The notes: a model not told the origin generated them from the sequence alone. 24,422 bases of DNA from a virus (IMGVR_UViG_3300048865_000005), one strand, 5' to 3'; numbered from the stretch's first letter, positions 14,655-22,997 are shown. Program-made: numbers and translations.

Positions 14655-14827
14655 TGGATAAAAAGACAATGGCACGGAAGGTAGTACGTGCCTTAGCAAA
14701 GTTAGAAGCTGCTAAGCGTCCGTTGGACGAGGTAAGTAGCGCCGCAGGCGTGCCGCCAAACCCGGATTTAGACCGGGTATTGGCAGAAGTTAAAGAGCTT
14801 AAGAAGGTACTGAAGAGGAAGAAATGA
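14654..14827 (+). CDS. Small basic helical protein (57 aa), not in ORF track
   Basis: TGATG overlap; MDKKTMARKVVRALAKLEAAKRPL... Confidence 0.6.
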   Translation: MDKKTMARKVVRALAKLEAAKRPLDEVSSAAGVPPNPDLDRVLAEVKELKKVLKRKK

Positions 14828-14873
14828 AGGGTGCTGAGATTAGAGTGATACGTACACAACAGGAGAAGCCTCA

Positions 14874-15035
14874 GTGATCCGTCTCCTTCGTACCCTGCTA
14901 GGGATGTGTAACCATGAATGGGACGTAATCCATCACGGTCGCATAATTAGCGACTACTCGGACTGCCCGATTGGGCACTATTTCTACCTAAGATGCAAGA
15001 AGTGCGGAAAGATCAAGAAGAGCAAATACATCTGA
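14874..15035 (+). CDS. Small zinc-finger-like protein (53 aa), not in ORF track
   Basis: CAGGAG SD, GTG start; C-x-H-x-W...CKKC. Confidence 0.6.
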   Translation: MIRLLRTLLGMCNHEWDVIHHGRIISDYSDCPIGHYFYLRCKKCGKIKKSKYI

Positions 15036-15230
15036 TAAACCCTTGATCTAGTAGACATTTCGTCCCAAGAAAAAGCCCGACAATTTTTAATAACACGTTT
15101 GGCTTACTAAATGTCTACCAGTCCACATAAAACCCACGATTTACCGGCATTTCATCCTCTTTTGCTACCCGTTTGTAGGAAAAATGTCGTCTTTTGTTCA
15201 CAAACATAAAATATAGGTTGCTATCCAATC

Positions 15231-15440
15231 ATGCAAAATGTACAATGGCTGAATTCTTCAAACGAAGTCGAAGACTTTTATCGTGAAATTGCAACACGAA
15301 ATGCTTTCGATCTCCTTGTGAGGGATGAATACCGCTCTCATCTGACAAAAGAGCAGAGAGACAAACTTAGCTTTCTTCTGCACGTAGATACATGCGAAGC
15401 CATTTTGAACATCGGGGAAACACATAATGCAAGCCAATAA
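15231..15440 (+). CDS. Hypothetical protein (69 aa)
   Basis: ORF in the co-directional cluster. Confidence 0.6.
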   Translation: MQNVQWLNSSNEVEDFYREIATRNAFDLLVRDEYRSHLTKEQRDKLSFLLHVDTCEAILNIGETHNASQ

Positions 15441-15666
15441 CGTTGTTAGCTTCAGTGAATTTAAGGAAATGTCGGAAAACGTTTACGTTGATCTGCCTGT
15501 AGACGACGAGTTCCTGTACATACCTGCGATTGCTATCAAGCACGCGGCTACAGCAGCCAGAGAAGGTGCAGAACACTTCCTGCTAAGCAATCCTAAATTC
15601 CTTTCGGCTATGTTAGACGAGCTTTACGCAAAATATATGGGCTTCGGTACGGAGATTGAAGAATGA
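15427..15666 (+). CDS. Hypothetical protein (79 aa)
   Basis: GGGGA SD; overlaps neighbours. Confidence 0.65.
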   Translation: MQANNVVSFSEFKEMSENVYVDLPVDDEFLYIPAIAIKHAATAAREGAEHFLLSNPKFLSAMLDELYAKYMGFGTEIEE

Positions 15667-15935
15667 GTAACTACCGCGTAGTGCAGACGAAAAACTATTA
15701 CGGTCAGACAGTCTTTAACATTGAGAAACACTGGCCTGAACGTGTAGTTAAATACACTATCCTCGGATTTATTCCTCGCTCTAAAGTTGTAGAGGAGGAG
15801 TGGAAGCTTGCGAGTGAAGCAGACTCTTTAGAAGAAGCTAAAGAGTGGATTGACATGAAAATTCAGCATCAGAAAATGGCTGATGCATACTTAAACCGTA
15901 CTTCTAAAATTGTATACGTTACAAGTATTAATTAA
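15663..15935 (+). CDS. Hypothetical protein (90 aa)
   Basis: ATGA overlap. Confidence 0.7.
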   Translation: MSNYRVVQTKNYYGQTVFNIEKHWPERVVKYTILGFIPRSKVVEEEWKLASEADSLEEAKEWIDMKIQHQKMADAYLNRTSKIVYVTSIN

Positions 15936-16004
15936 ATGTCGATGCAAACCTTAAAAGTCGTGGAGGATTTAATATAGAAAACAATAGAAAAGGAGTGAAC
16001 CCTA

Positions 16005-16343
16005 GTGCTTGTACCTATGACCGAAGAACAACGTAAAGAAGTCTCAAAACAACGCCAACTTTCACAAGAACACGCAAGACAAAACTTTAAAATTGAATAT
16101 GCCGACTCTGAGCACTGGAAAAAACTAGCAAGAGCAAAACAATTCAGGATGGCCCAATGGTGGCATCCGGGTTCAAATCTAAAATACGCACGTAGAGCAC
16201 TGAAGGCTATCGGCAAAGATTCTGTTTTCTTTAGGGAAATCACAGGCTTAACCCTGCAACAATTCGCCGCAGCCAATCCCACATATACAGCATTTGCAAT
16301 ACAAGGCTTGATTCTTGAAATGGAGCAAGAGACCTGTACATAA
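16005..16343 (+). CDS. Hypothetical protein (112 aa)
   Basis: AAGGAG SD, GTG start. Confidence 0.7.
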   Translation: MLVPMTEEQRKEVSKQRQLSQEHARQNFKIEYADSEHWKKLARAKQFRMAQWWHPGSNLKYARRALKAIGKDSVFFREITGLTLQQFAAANPTYTAFAIQGLILEMEQETCT

Positions 16344-16469
16344 AAACAGTGTCTCTTTTGTCAATTTATGCCGATTAAAACCCTCTCGACTCGTTGTAGG
16401 AGCTTCTTAGCGGTGCTAGCATTTAAATACTTCTCTTTTGTAAAGCCGTCACAGGAGTGAGAGGGACCG

Positions 16470-16751
16470 ATGATTAATCGCACAGTTACAACTATCATCG
16501 TTATTAATGCGACACCTGAAGAACTTACTGAATTGGAGCCGTATTTAGTAAAGACAAGGACTATTGCGTACACATTCTGGTACGGAAAAGAAGTAGACAT
16601 GCCTGATTATTCAAAAATAAAGAGCACTCAGGTTATGACACCTAGATATTTATGTGAAGACGAGGAAGAAGCTTTAATATTGGCAGCAGCAATAAGCCAT
16701 AAACTTAATCAAACTAAGCGTCACTGGTTGGGAAGCAACTCAAAACACTAG
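16470..16751 (+). CDS. Hypothetical protein (93 aa)
   Basis: GAGGG SD. Confidence 0.6.
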   Translation: MINRTVTTIIVINATPEELTELEPYLVKTRTIAYTFWYGKEVDMPDYSKIKSTQVMTPRYLCEDEEEALILAAAISHKLNQTKRHWLGSNSKH

Positions 16752-16845
16752 AATAGTGTTTACAATACATTTGTACTGATGTGCAGGTATTTTCTTTTCC
16801 CAAATATTATATCTAATAAATTTTGAAACATTTGAAGGAGGGGTT

Positions 16846-17397
16846 TTGATAGTTCAGGAGCACAAATCATCTAGTTACGCACCTCGCACATACCACAACG
16901 CTCATTCTGCCGATCTTACAGTAGCAATTGCAGTAGACTTTAGTACAGCAGGCGAACGATTGACACATAAAGCCGCTGGTGACGCCTACCTAGCTATTCC
17001 ATATCACACCGATATTACCGAAGCAGCACGCACCCTCTACCGAGAGATGCGAAAGCGTAATGCCAAGAGCCTGAATATCGCTGGTAATGGGCTGCATACG
17101 TTTACTAAGTATGGTGAATTGCAATACTCGGTGAATCTGTACGTGTATACCGTTCTCAGCCTCGTACACAAGCATTGGCCTATTGAGGCTATCGTGTCTG
17201 GTGGTCAGACTGGCACTGACTTAGCAGGGGGAGTAGCAGCAGAAGCACTTAATATCCCTTGTACAATGACGTTCCCGAAGGGCTTCAAACAGCGCTTTGC
17301 CAATGGCATTGACATAGTTCAGTCGGAAGAACAGGTTCTTGAACAAGTGAATATGTGGGTAGAGCTATTGAAAATGGAAGTTAGGCCAGCAGAGTAG
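16846..17397 (+). CDS. SLOG-superfamily protein (cpYpsA / putative MoCo-carrier-like, 183 aa)
   Basis: Y-x-x-RT-x-x-N...AD-x-T, LNIAGN and IVSGGQTGTDLAG motifs; AAGGAGG SD, TTG start. Confidence 0.7.
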   Translation: MIVQEHKSSSYAPRTYHNAHSADLTVAIAVDFSTAGERLTHKAAGDAYLAIPYHTDITEAARTLYREMRKRNAKSLNIAGNGLHTFTKYGELQYSVNLYVYTVLSLVHKHWPIEAIVSGGQTGTDLAGGVAAEALNIPCTMTFPKGFKQRFANGIDIVQSEEQVLEQVNMWVELLKMEVRPAE

Positions 17398-17398
17398 T

Positions 17399-17680
17399 AT
17401 GTCAATGTCTAAATACTATTGTCTAAAGTGCGAAAGACCGAACAATTGTAATTGCGGGACTGATGAACACCGATTTATTTTCGCTTATAAGCTCAGACCA
17501 CCACTGAATACACAAAACAAGGTACGTTTCAGGGAATTCTTAGCAGCTTGCCCTGAATTCTCAAACTGTGTACCAGAAAACTTACGGTCAGACTTTATAA
17601 AACTGTTGGAAAAGGTCAAATATACAAAAACAGGAGAGATTCGGTCGAAATGGAAGATGATTGACGAGAGATACAAGTGA
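17399..17680 (+). CDS. Hypothetical protein with N-terminal Cys cluster (93 aa)
   Basis: YCLKCERPNNCNCG. Confidence 0.65.
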   Translation: MSMSKYYCLKCERPNNCNCGTDEHRFIFAYKLRPPLNTQNKVRFREFLAACPEFSNCVPENLRSDFIKLLEKVKYTKTGEIRSKWKMIDERYK

Positions 17681-17985
17681 ATTACGACTCAGAAGCACGC
17701 GAATCCTTTAAAAAGTCTCCAAATACAACAATTTCTTGGTATTTAGCAGCGTCATACGCCTATTACACTCGGTATGAGTCGTTATTATCTGACGAAACAT
17801 ACGATAAGATGTGTAAATACATGCTAGATAACTACGAAAAGTTAGAGCACACCCATAAACACCTAGTAGATAAAGAAGCTTTACGTGCTGGTACTGGATA
17901 CCAGATAAAAGAATACCCACTAATCGTACAAGTAACTGCCGAAGGTATGATTAGAAAATTAGCATTAGAGAAAGGACACTCATGA
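17677..17985 (+). CDS. Stand-alone NAD-dependent ligase domain Ia-like protein (102 aa)
   Basis: YAYY-x-x-x-x-SLLSDETYDKM matches the YY...SD-x-x-YD motif of NAD+ ligase subdomain Ia; no adenylation domain is attached. Confidence 0.6.
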   Translation: MNYDSEARESFKKSPNTTISWYLAASYAYYTRYESLLSDETYDKMCKYMLDNYEKLEHTHKHLVDKEALRAGTGYQIKEYPLIVQVTAEGMIRKLALEKGHS

Positions 17986-18203
17986 AGAGCACTACAGATT
18001 ACGAAGCCAAGAAAGATTATCCACGCTTATTAATTAGTAAAGACACTGAGAACGTTTGGATGCAGATACGTGAAGACTTATCTATCTGTATCCACGTAAA
18101 TAACCCATTTAACAAGTACAATCCGCAGATAGGTAGTACGGCGTCTGAGCTTAATATGACTGCCTTCGAAGAGTACAGGGGGACAGTAACACTATCTAAC
18201 TAG
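17982..18203 (+). CDS. Hypothetical protein (73 aa)
   Basis: AAAGGA SD; ATGA overlap. Confidence 0.65.
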   Translation: MKSTTDYEAKKDYPRLLISKDTENVWMQIREDLSICIHVNNPFNKYNPQIGSTASELNMTAFEEYRGTVTLSN

Positions 18204-18228
18204 CCTCTTAATTGAGGCTTTTTTATTT
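18202..18228 (+). terminator. Intrinsic terminator
   Basis: AGCCTC-TTAATT-GAGGCT followed by TTTTTATTT. Confidence 0.75.
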
Positions 18229-18239
18229 CAGGAGGAATT

Positions 18240-18650
18240 TTGTACATCTGTAATTCCAGTAAATACCAATACACTCGAAAAAACTATAAGGAAAGTAATG
18301 ATTGTACGGTAGTCGCCTTTGCTGAATCTTTCAACACGACATATGAGAAAGCTCACTTCTTTCTGAAACATCATATTGGAAGAAAGAACGGTAGAGGTTT
18401 GTATTTAGAAGAGATACAAAAGATTAAGACGGTTTGCCAGAAGACAAAAATACGTTTTGGTCCATACACAGAACAGAACAGAACCACACTTAAGAAATTC
18501 TGTATCAATCATCCAGTCGGACGTTATTTTGTAGTCGTCAGGGGACATGCTCTTGCCGTTATAAATGGCGTTGTATATGACGGAGAAGATACGCCGAGAC
18601 TAAACAGGCAAGTCCAGTTTGCAATGAGAATTCACGTTCAGGAGGAGTGA
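18240..18650 (+). CDS. Hypothetical protein with papain-like Cys-His-Asp pattern (136 aa)
   Basis: NDCTVVAFA ... VRGHALAVINGVVYD; AGGAGG SD, TTG start. Confidence 0.6.
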   Translation: MYICNSSKYQYTRKNYKESNDCTVVAFAESFNTTYEKAHFFLKHHIGRKNGRGLYLEEIQKIKTVCQKTKIRFGPYTEQNRTTLKKFCINHPVGRYFVVVRGHALAVINGVVYDGEDTPRLNRQVQFAMRIHVQEE

Positions 18651-18889
18651 TGGAAGAATTAGAGAGTGACCTTATATACCTTGGAGAGCTATACACATTG
18701 ACAGATTACGAACAACAGACGGCAATACTGGCACTAGCAGAAGAGAGTTCTGGATTATCGGTTTCAGAATTGACGGATTTGTACTACACAGCAGCAATGA
18801 AGCAGTCATCTAAGCAAGTACTGAAGGAAGTGCTCATTGATGGATTGAAGCAAGCAAGCATTGAAGCAAGGAAGGGTGGATTGAACTAA
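18647..18889 (+). CDS. Hypothetical acidic protein (80 aa)
   Basis: AGGAGG SD; overlap with the upstream stop. Confidence 0.6.
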   Translation: MMEELESDLIYLGELYTLTDYEQQTAILALAEESSGLSVSELTDLYYTAAMKQSSKQVLKEVLIDGLKQASIEARKGGLN

Positions 18890-18891
18890 GC

Positions 18892-19257
18892 ATGACGTAT
18901 AGATTTCATGTTCTGAAGCTTTATAGTTCTTCAGTAAACGCTAGGAAAGGTATGGAGGAGTACGTTAAAAGAAACTACAGAATGCCGAAAGGTAAAGAAG
19001 GGTTTCAAATATACTTCGATGAGGTACTGAAAGTAGATTGGAAATCGGGCTATATCCTCTACGACAATAAGCACCAAATATTTTTCTATAACATGAACTG
19101 CATACATTTCCGTATGCGTATATGTGCAGCAGACTTCCAGCTTATTGAACTCGTAGACCCACTAGAAGAATATGTTGATGACGAGGACTGTACCGCAGCA
19201 GACAAGATAGCATACTGCTATTCAAGATATCGCGGCCCATTTAAGTGGATTGACTAA
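18892..19257 (+). CDS. Hypothetical protein (121 aa)
   Basis: Co-directional and tightly packed. Confidence 0.65.
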   Translation: MTYRFHVLKLYSSSVNARKGMEEYVKRNYRMPKGKEGFQIYFDEVLKVDWKSGYILYDNKHQIFFYNMNCIHFRMRICAADFQLIELVDPLEEYVDDEDCTAADKIAYCYSRYRGPFKWID

Positions 19258-19814
19258 TGGAAGCAAAAGAACAGGCTGCAATACTGAGGGCCGAAGGCAA
19301 TACATACCCGAAGATCGTGGAGCTATTAGACGGACAGGTATCGTTAGATTGGTGTAAGCGAAACCTGAAGAACGTACAGAAGGAGACGAAGAAAGAGACT
19401 CTAGACCGTAAAGCCAGAGAGTTAGCTATACGAAGGGAAGGTGTAAGTGACAGAGAGCTAGTGAACCTAGCTTTCGAAGTACTCGGTACAGTAGAGAAAG
19501 GAGACATTACTAAACTGAAGAGACGTATCAAGAGACGCGGCAAGCAAGACAAGACAATGCTTGTACGTCCATCGTGGCTATCTACTCAGAATCCAGTCGG
19601 TAGCTTACACACTATGAATACGCTAGCTCATACGCTCTATGAGTACACGCAAGAGATGGTAGACGACTACATGTCTGCATACCCGGAAGCCAATCGGTTT
19701 AAGGTGTTGCAGGAATTGGTGTATCTGGCAAATGGCTGGACACTAAAAGAGAGCTTGGATACCAGACTAGAACGCAACATACGTACAGCCGAAGAGATGC
19801 AGTCTAGGTTATAG
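19257..19814 (+). CDS. HTH-domain protein (185 aa)
   Basis: N-terminal AILRAEGNTYPKIVELLDGQVSLDWCKRNL HTH-like segment; second helical basic segment; last gene of the rightward arm. Confidence 0.55.
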   Translation: MEAKEQAAILRAEGNTYPKIVELLDGQVSLDWCKRNLKNVQKETKKETLDRKARELAIRREGVSDRELVNLAFEVLGTVEKGDITKLKRRIKRRGKQDKTMLVRPSWLSTQNPVGSLHTMNTLAHTLYEYTQEMVDDYMSAYPEANRFKVLQELVYLANGWTLKESLDTRLERNIRTAEEMQSRL

Positions 19815-19825
19815 CCTACTCAGAT

Positions 19826-19957
19826 TGCACTTTTTACACGTACACTCCATATCCGCACTGCTGAAAGCCCCGTATTTACTGCCCTCTAGAGCACTGCACT
19901 TTTGTACCTCTAATATTCATTATTACACTTCAAAGTGCACTTTCCTAAAGTGCGGAT
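19826..19957. repeat. GCACT(TT) motif array with palindrome AAAGTGCACTTT
   Basis: TGCACTTT at 19826, 19895 and 19936; 12-bp palindrome 19932-19943; inverted pair ATCCGCACT (19851-19859) / AGTGCGGAT (19949-19957). Confidence 0.65.
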
Positions 19958-20528
19958 TTCCCAATCCCCCGCAGAAAAAGTAAGCCTCTTCTTAGAAGAC
20001 GTTTATTCCATACCTCAGAAAATATCTGTATACTAGAGTTCTGCAATTCCCCTCAGTTACATATCTCTTCAAGAAGGGCTTAACGGCCCGACTTTCAGTC
20101 GAACTACCAGCCCTCCAAAATCTAGAAATATCTGACGAACACTACAGGACAGGAATATTTCGACTTCGTATAACCTCTATTATGTTAAATAGGACGTTAT
20201 GGGAGGTTATTTCCATGTATGTTTGTACAGTGCTTGGAGTGTTTCACCTATACCCGCTAGGAAAACATACCGTATAAGCTTATATGCTCTTCCTTATGCT
20301 TAGCATAGAATTTATATCAAATTTCCCCGGCAAGCGATAGCGTAGCGGGTGGGCTTAACAATAGAGAGAGAGGAAGGGTATAAACTGAGGGTATTTAGAC
20401 CTGAAAAGGTATACCAATATAGAGGCTATTTGTTCCATGTGGAACATCATTATAACTAGGGATAATGAGGCTTTCAGCGTATTCTATATACGTCAATAAT
20501 CTGTCTGTATTATCAATTTATTACAGGC

Positions 20529-20564
20529 ATAATAAAGCCCGCATTAAGCGGGCTATTGTTATTT
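20529..20564. terminator. Probably bidirectional intrinsic terminator between convergent arms
   Basis: AGCCCGC-ATTAA-GCGGGCT (20536-20554) with A/T-rich tails on both sides. Confidence 0.75.
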
Positions 20565-20602
20565 AAATGTTATTTATTTGATATTTAATTAATGTTTATT
20601 TA

Positions 20603-20800
20603 TTAAAAACTGTATTCATTTTCACTATTTTCAAATTCTTTATAGTAATCACTTTCAAAGAAAGTATTAGCAACTTTACAGCAAGTATCGCAGTAAGCTC
20701 CTGAACTTTCAAAATGAGTCCGTTCTGCCTCACTATTAGCAACATAAATAAAAGGAGTATGGCAATTCAAGCAATTAAGGGCTAGTTTAGATATGTTCAT
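20603..20800 (-). CDS. Small zinc-ribbon-like protein (65 aa)
   Basis: CLNC ... CDTC pairs. Confidence 0.65.
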   Translation of the reverse strand: MNISKLALNCLNCHTPFIYVANSEAERTHFESSGAYCDTCCKVANTFFESDYYKEFENSENEYSF

Positions 20801-20877
20801 TTAAATTCATCTCAGGGCTGTAAGGTTAGGTGTGAGGGTAGACATAGCGGCCTACCCTATCCGATTAGTATTGAAAT

Positions 20878-21204
20878 TTACTGTACATTCCGGCGCTGTT
20901 CTGCCTTGGAAAGCATCCGGTCTTGAACAGAGACGCGGCAGATATATTCACTATTAGGAATGGCATTCATCCACTCTTCAAACCCATTTTTAGCGTATCG
21001 GGCTTTCATCACTGACAAAAGAGCCTCTTTAACCTCGGAGACGGTCGGGGCTTTGTCTAGTAGGTCTTGATGGTATGCAGCGGCAGAAGTGTAGCCGTTC
21101 TGAGCATAGTAGCGCATGTTGTACGTTGCCAAGTCCCGGTTAGAGTCTTTAACATCGGCCATTACTTGACGCTGGATGTAGGTCGGCAGAGTGGAAAATT
21201 TCAT
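20878..21204 (-). CDS. Hypothetical early protein (108 aa)
   Basis: Start revised to ATG after GAGGTG. Confidence 0.7.
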   Translation of the reverse strand: MKFSTLPTYIQRQVMADVKDSNRDLATYNMRYYAQNGYTSAAAYHQDLLDKAPTVSEVKEALLSVMKARYAKNGFEEWMNAIPNSEYICRVSVQDRMLSKAEQRRNVQ

Positions 21205-21252
21205 GCTAATCACCTCGGATCAGGGAAGGCGTCTTGCCTTGGTATGGGAGAG

Positions 21253-21281
21253 ATTATAAATACTTATAACCTCCCGTGCAA
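21253..21281 (-). promoter_or_regulatory. Early sigma70 promoter TTGCAC-17-TATAAT with 18-bp palindrome
   Basis: Palindrome copy 21253-21270, 16/18 to consensus. Confidence 0.8.
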
Positions 21282-21294
21282 GCTTTTCTTTTGA

Positions 21295-21411
21295 TTACAA
21301 AGTAAACCATGCACCGATGACGAATGCAGAAATAGCAATCAAAGGTACAGAAAGCATGGCACACACAACAAGCATACCTACCGCATGGAACACCTCAAAA
21401 AACTTATCCAT
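21295..21411 (-). CDS. Single-TM peptide (38 aa), not in ORF track
   Basis: AGGAG SD; MDKFFEVFHAVGMLVVCAMLSVPLIAISAFVIGAWFTL; own promoter. Confidence 0.65.
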   Translation of the reverse strand: MDKFFEVFHAVGMLVVCAMLSVPLIAISAFVIGAWFTL

Positions 21412-21448
21412 CTGCCCGACTCCTAAGAACCAATAAAAAGATAGGCGA

Positions 21449-21477
21449 ATTATAAGTATATGTAATTATTCGGTCAA
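21449..21477 (-). promoter_or_regulatory. Early sigma70 promoter TTGACC-17-TATAAT with 18-bp palindrome
   Basis: Palindrome copy 21449-21466, 15/18. Confidence 0.8.
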
Positions 21478-21521
21478 CATATTTTTAAAAAGAGATAACA
21501 TTTATAGCCTTTAGGATTGCT

Positions 21522-21752
21522 TTAACAGTTACAGCCATTCCCTACCCTCCCGGCACTCTTAACAGGTATTACATGTACTTTTGTTTTAGACGTTTGGACA
21601 TAGGACAAGCTTACCTTGTACCCTTCGGACTCTGGAAATAGAGCTTTAAAATGACGAGTCAAGGCAATGGCCGATTCTTGGTCTTTAAGGCTCTTTTCTG
21701 ACGTTGCAAAATAGAGTCTACCATTCTTGTATACTGTAATTTCATAGTGCAT
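21522..21752 (-). CDS. Hypothetical early protein (76 aa)
   Basis: Start revised to MHYEITVYKNG after GAGGTG. Confidence 0.7.
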   Translation of the reverse strand: MHYEITVYKNGRLYFATSEKSLKDQESAIALTRHFKALFPESEGYKVSLSYVQTSKTKVHVIPVKSAGRVGNGCNC

Positions 21753-21820
21753 GGCCTGCACCTCTAAAGCGTTCCTGTTCTTACTTATCGGCATAGGTTA
21801 CTTAGACTTTAAAGCCCGGA

Positions 21821-22276
21821 TTACCGGGCTAGGCTGCTCAGCATGGCTTCATATTCTTGTAAGTCTCGCTTGTCTTGTTCCTGAGACTCTTCAAACAATG
21901 CTTCCGCACCTTTGTAGCTATCGCGGTTTGCTTCGCGTGCTTCGATAGCTTTCTTTAGGCGGTTAATTTCACGCTTTAGGCGCTTTTGTTCCTTAGCCTG
22001 CTTTGCCGCCTCTACTTCGTTGACAGTGCCTACAACATGGCGTAGCCATACGGTCTCACTCTTGCCGCTTTGCGGAAGGTACTTGATAACCTTCTCAACG
22101 CCTTGCGCATCGCAGTGGTAGAACAGGCTGAAGTTGTTGCCGTATACGTCACCGCCACAAATGAAAGTGTTTAGCTCTTGGCACTGTGACAGAAGGAACG
22201 CGGCCTGCTTCTCGGACTTGAACAGACCATTATTAGATTTGACAAGGGAAGCGAAAGAAACGGCAACGTTCGACAT
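21821..22276 (-). CDS. Hypothetical early protein with C-terminal coiled coil (151 aa)
   Basis: Start revised to MSNVAV after GGAG. Confidence 0.7.
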   Translation of the reverse strand: MSNVAVSFASLVKSNNGLFKSEKQAAFLLSQCQELNTFICGGDVYGNNFSLFYHCDAQGVEKVIKYLPQSGKSETVWLRHVVGTVNEVEAAKQAKEQKRLKREINRLKKAIEAREANRDSYKGAEALFEESQEQDKRDLQEYEAMLSSLAR

Positions 22277-22326
22277 GTTACAACTCCGAGAGCTGAGGAG
22301 GACCATTCCCCCTCTTCATGCTGGTA

Positions 22327-22355
22327 ATTATAAGTACTTATAATCCAATGCGCAA
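22327..22355 (-). promoter_or_regulatory. Early sigma70 promoter TTGCGC-17-TATAAT with perfect 18-bp palindrome
   Basis: ATTATAAGTACTTATAAT at 22327-22344. Confidence 0.85.
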
Positions 22356-22359
22356 GCTT

Positions 22360-22686
22360 TTATTCACCGCTTGCAAAGGTTTTTCCAACTACTTGCATAA
22401 AGGCTTCATAGTCTTTTTTAGCTTGTTCATCACAGGCTAGCCAGTCTCCGAAATCAGGCGACGGAATCATAACGATATCCAAACGATTATTTGCCTCTTG
22501 GGGAATAAGTGCCTGACTCCATGAAGGAACAGTACCAACCGAGTAAATGCGAAACAACATTTTCCGGTAGCCAAACAACATAACCTGATCCAAGCTGTAA
22601 GGGTTGAACTTTCCTTTCCAAGCTTTACCGCCATTTGCACAAAAGGCTTTGATGTATGCTTTAACTGTTGGGTGCTGCTTAGCCAT
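22360..22686 (-). CDS. Hypothetical early protein (108 aa)
   Basis: GAGGT SD. Confidence 0.7.
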   Translation of the reverse strand: MAKQHPTVKAYIKAFCANGGKAWKGKFNPYSLDQVMLFGYRKMLFRIYSVGTVPSWSQALIPQEANNRLDIVMIPSPDFGDWLACDEQAKKDYEAFMQVVGKTFASGE

Positions 22687-22737
22687 GATACTAACCTCAG
22701 AGACTAGGGAACGTCTACCGTCCCCTTTATGTCATTC

Positions 22738-22765
22738 ATTATAAGTGCTTATAATAATATGTAAA
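22738..22765 (-). promoter_or_regulatory. Early sigma70 promoter TTTACA-16-TATAAT with 18-bp palindrome
   Basis: Palindrome copy 22738-22755, 17/18. Confidence 0.75.
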
Positions 22766-22773
22766 GACTTTTA

Positions 22774-22983
22774 TTATCTGAATGGTTCATTACGCCATAG
22801 CTGCTCGACTTCTTCTAACTGAATATCCGCCTTGGTTACACTATCAGATGTGGATATGTCGAAGCGCTTACAGGTACGTTCGATCATATACATAGCGTTA
22901 TTAATCGCCTCTATTGTTTGCTTGTTCATACAAGGCGATTCAGCGAGTAAAGAGAGTTGATACATTACAGCTTGGATATTCAT
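22774..22983 (-). CDS. Hypothetical early protein (69 aa)
   Basis: AGGAG SD. Confidence 0.7.
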   Translation of the reverse strand: MNIQAVMYQLSLLAESPCMNKQTIEAINNAMYMIERTCKRFDISTSDSVTKADIQLEEVEQLWRNEPFR

Positions 22984-22997
22984 TATAAAGACTCCTA

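Noticed and set aside
16361-16600. 79-aa minus-strand ORF
   Set aside because: Antisense to the co-directional plus arm and overlaps the better-supported 16470-16751 gene.
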